Part shown: piece by piece, positions 61,707-64,000 of the stretch
How positions within the stretch are numbered: the stretch's first letter is position 1
How the letters are laid out: every line of letters starts with the position of its first letter
Source: Lepidodermella squamata
Lineage: Eukaryota > Animalia > Gastrotricha
NCBI GenBank assembly: GCA_047495785.1
Contig: JBLDXI010000064.1
Location: forward strand, 744,001 to 808,000
Direction of reading: 5' to 3'
DNA: 64,000 nt
The notes under the pieces: model-generated
What the model was told of the DNA's origin: nothing
What the model saw: only the letters and a program-made list of their open reading frames with translations
Databases searched by the model: none
Translations under genes and position numbers: made by a program

Positions 61707-63364
61707 CAGGGTGTTTCAGAACTTGCGCAATAGAATAACCTGCGGCAAATGGTTGCCTTGGTATCCAGAGTAAACGTTCGCGCGCTGCGCATACATTCCG
61801 CGCACATATGTTTATATTCATGCATAGTATAAGGCGCGGCTAGCGCAAACGGTAATGCGTGTAATGCGTATATGCTATGTAGTTGGCGTTATACGTCCCA
61901 TATGGCGTGCAAGCGGTATGCGCGCATTATAACATGCGCAAATCGAACTCGTATATACCGTTACGCTGCTGCAGTAATGGGGATATCGCTAGGAAATAAG
62001 ACTTGCTCTTGCAAAATATCTGGAAATTAGCCGATTTCTCAATGAAGAAACCTCCAACAGGACAGGCTATGAATAAATTTCGAGTTTTCAATACCATTAT
62101 CATGAACATTATTCCAGATAATACGATTTTTACGCCGTTGCTGTTGTTTTATTCCTTGAATTTGATTTCACGTTCATTCACTTTTGAAAAGAGCAGTAAC
62201 AATTAAGAAGAACTGAGAAAAGTCGTGAGAAAAGGTAATGTTGCAACGCTCTGATTGAGTTTAAAAATTTCTGTGAACAGAAAATTTGAAAGCAAAAGCT
62301 TGTACGCTTCCACGGGAAAATGTCGTTTAACACTTGCAGAAGAATGGACGCAAAAACATTGACGTTACCTTAAACAGCCTCTCATCGACGAATTTTGTGA
62401 CATTTGACATGCGATTCCTTGCGAACACTGTGGATAGACTTTCGGCGCGACCAACCAGCCTGGTAGACCAGCTCTTGGGCTTTCCAACGATATCAAGAAA
62501 TCGAAAATCCATCCACGGGATCTCGAATGGGAGGGTCGCAAAGATGACCCGTTTGCGGCTGAAAACGGCGCAACTACGACGAATTTAGTGACATTTGACA
62601 TGCCATTCCTTACGAACCCGATGGATAGACTTTTTGCGCGACCAACCAGCCTTGTAGACCGGGTCCTTAGCTATCTCACGATACGAATAAATGCAATTGC
62701 TACCCATGGTTCTTTGGAGATGCAGTAAATTCGTAGACATTTCGAATAGTTATCCACGAAATTGAATTGCTGCGTTAGGTCGACGTAATGAACTGCAAAC
62801 CTTGATTATTTGTCTTTGTTCGATGTAGAACATTTGCAAGTGGTTTAAACTACATCATTTTTTATCAACTTGTGTAGTCGGGGCCTTGTATTCATGCAAC
62901 GTGAAAGAAATTCTGATGCAAAGGCAGGAGACTAATTAACCAACGATTTTTCGACAAATTCAACATCAAGTAAAATCAGAATTTTCTCAGAAATAATCAG
63001 TTTCTGAAATATCCAGCCACAGATATTGAGAAATTGTTTCTAAACCTCTCGCTTCAGAGTCCAATCAATCAGCATGTTTCAGGAAAACATGACATCATCC
63101 TCGAAATAAAAAAGATATTCAATGTAACTCGGCTCAAATTTATCGAGGCTCGAAACTCGAAAGTTTCCGCCAGAAAATAACTACGGCAGTGCTATTATGT
63201 ATGCTGTACATTTATGTATTACGCATATTTTATACGCAGACTACAGTATTGTGTAGTACATCTATAGGTAAAATAGTATACGCGTATAATTGTATAGGCG
63301 CATAACAATGCGCGCCCATTTGCCGCATGCTATTCATATAGTGCGCGAGTTCTGAAACACCCTG
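61707..63364. mobile_element. Non-autonomous Tc1/mariner-like element, copy 2 (inverted relative to copy 1)
   Basis: Same TIR and TA TSD; internal homology to 51527-53307. Confidence 0.9.
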
Positions 63365-64000
63365 TAGCTCTTGGATCCGTGAGCTCACCCTGAAAATATG
63401 ACCCAGGCACTTTTCTGACGGGGGTCTGACAGAGCCTCTTCTTAGTGTTCATGGGAATCACGTTGATCAAGTTGGCCACCACGAAACACACTTCTGCGTA
63501 AATAAATATACATACTGCATAATGTACATATATCCTTGCGCTTTTGTAGCACCTTACGAAGAAGAAATTTGACAGCGAAAAAATCTTGATAAGTGAGCAG
63601 AGCGGGCTACAATTTCTGGTTTTGTTGCTGAATTTTTACAGCTGAGGATAGCCTAAAGATTAATTCAAATCAAATAATTTTCACGACTTTGCGGTTGGAA
63701 CAGGAATAGATGCTTCACGGGGTTCATAAAACCGGAGCTATTTGCCACAATCATTTCGGAAACTCGAATATGCAAATGAAGCTAAGTGCGAAGAGACGTC
63801 ATCTCGGTACTGGAGTCGAAGCAAGCCAAGAAAGAAAAAGAAAAGGCGGATCATATGGTGGAAAAAATCCTTAACCAGGATCTGTTGGAAATCTCTGGCA
63901 TCCCAGAAACCAACTGGCGAGAAGAGGTGCGAAAACTTATCCCGCAAGAAATCACGAGCTGGATGATAAAAGAAAGAAAAGCGGACGGTACGATCATTAT

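Overview
Eukaryotic (invertebrate-like) genomic DNA with many short (~50-60 nt) GT-AG introns; no prokaryotic features. 1.2-21.5 kb is a tandem + strand array of 3-exon, divergent class-A-like 7TM receptor genes (8 apparently intact, 3 pseudogenes), with more remnants downstream. 21.9-64 kb holds three repeated - strand units. Each has a start-less ankyrin exon; for the first two, a signal peptide-trypsin-CCP/Sushi gene lies upstream in the window. In unit 2 the last CCP exon (phase-0 donor) and the ankyrin exon (phase-0 acceptor) join in frame. The predicted product is an ~857-aa secreted protease ending in a Cys-capped ankyrin array that varies at the binding-face positions; this is the top candidate for an undescribed system. 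The joining intron of unit 2 contains a two-gene TIR element with a RAG1/Transib-like transposase and a convergent partner gene. Also present: a convergent tRNA cassette enclosed by ~300-bp inverted repeats (two tRNA bodies with shifted anticodons) and many nested LINE fragments, MITEs and a MULE-like element. All gene models were read by eye; none is transcript-verified.
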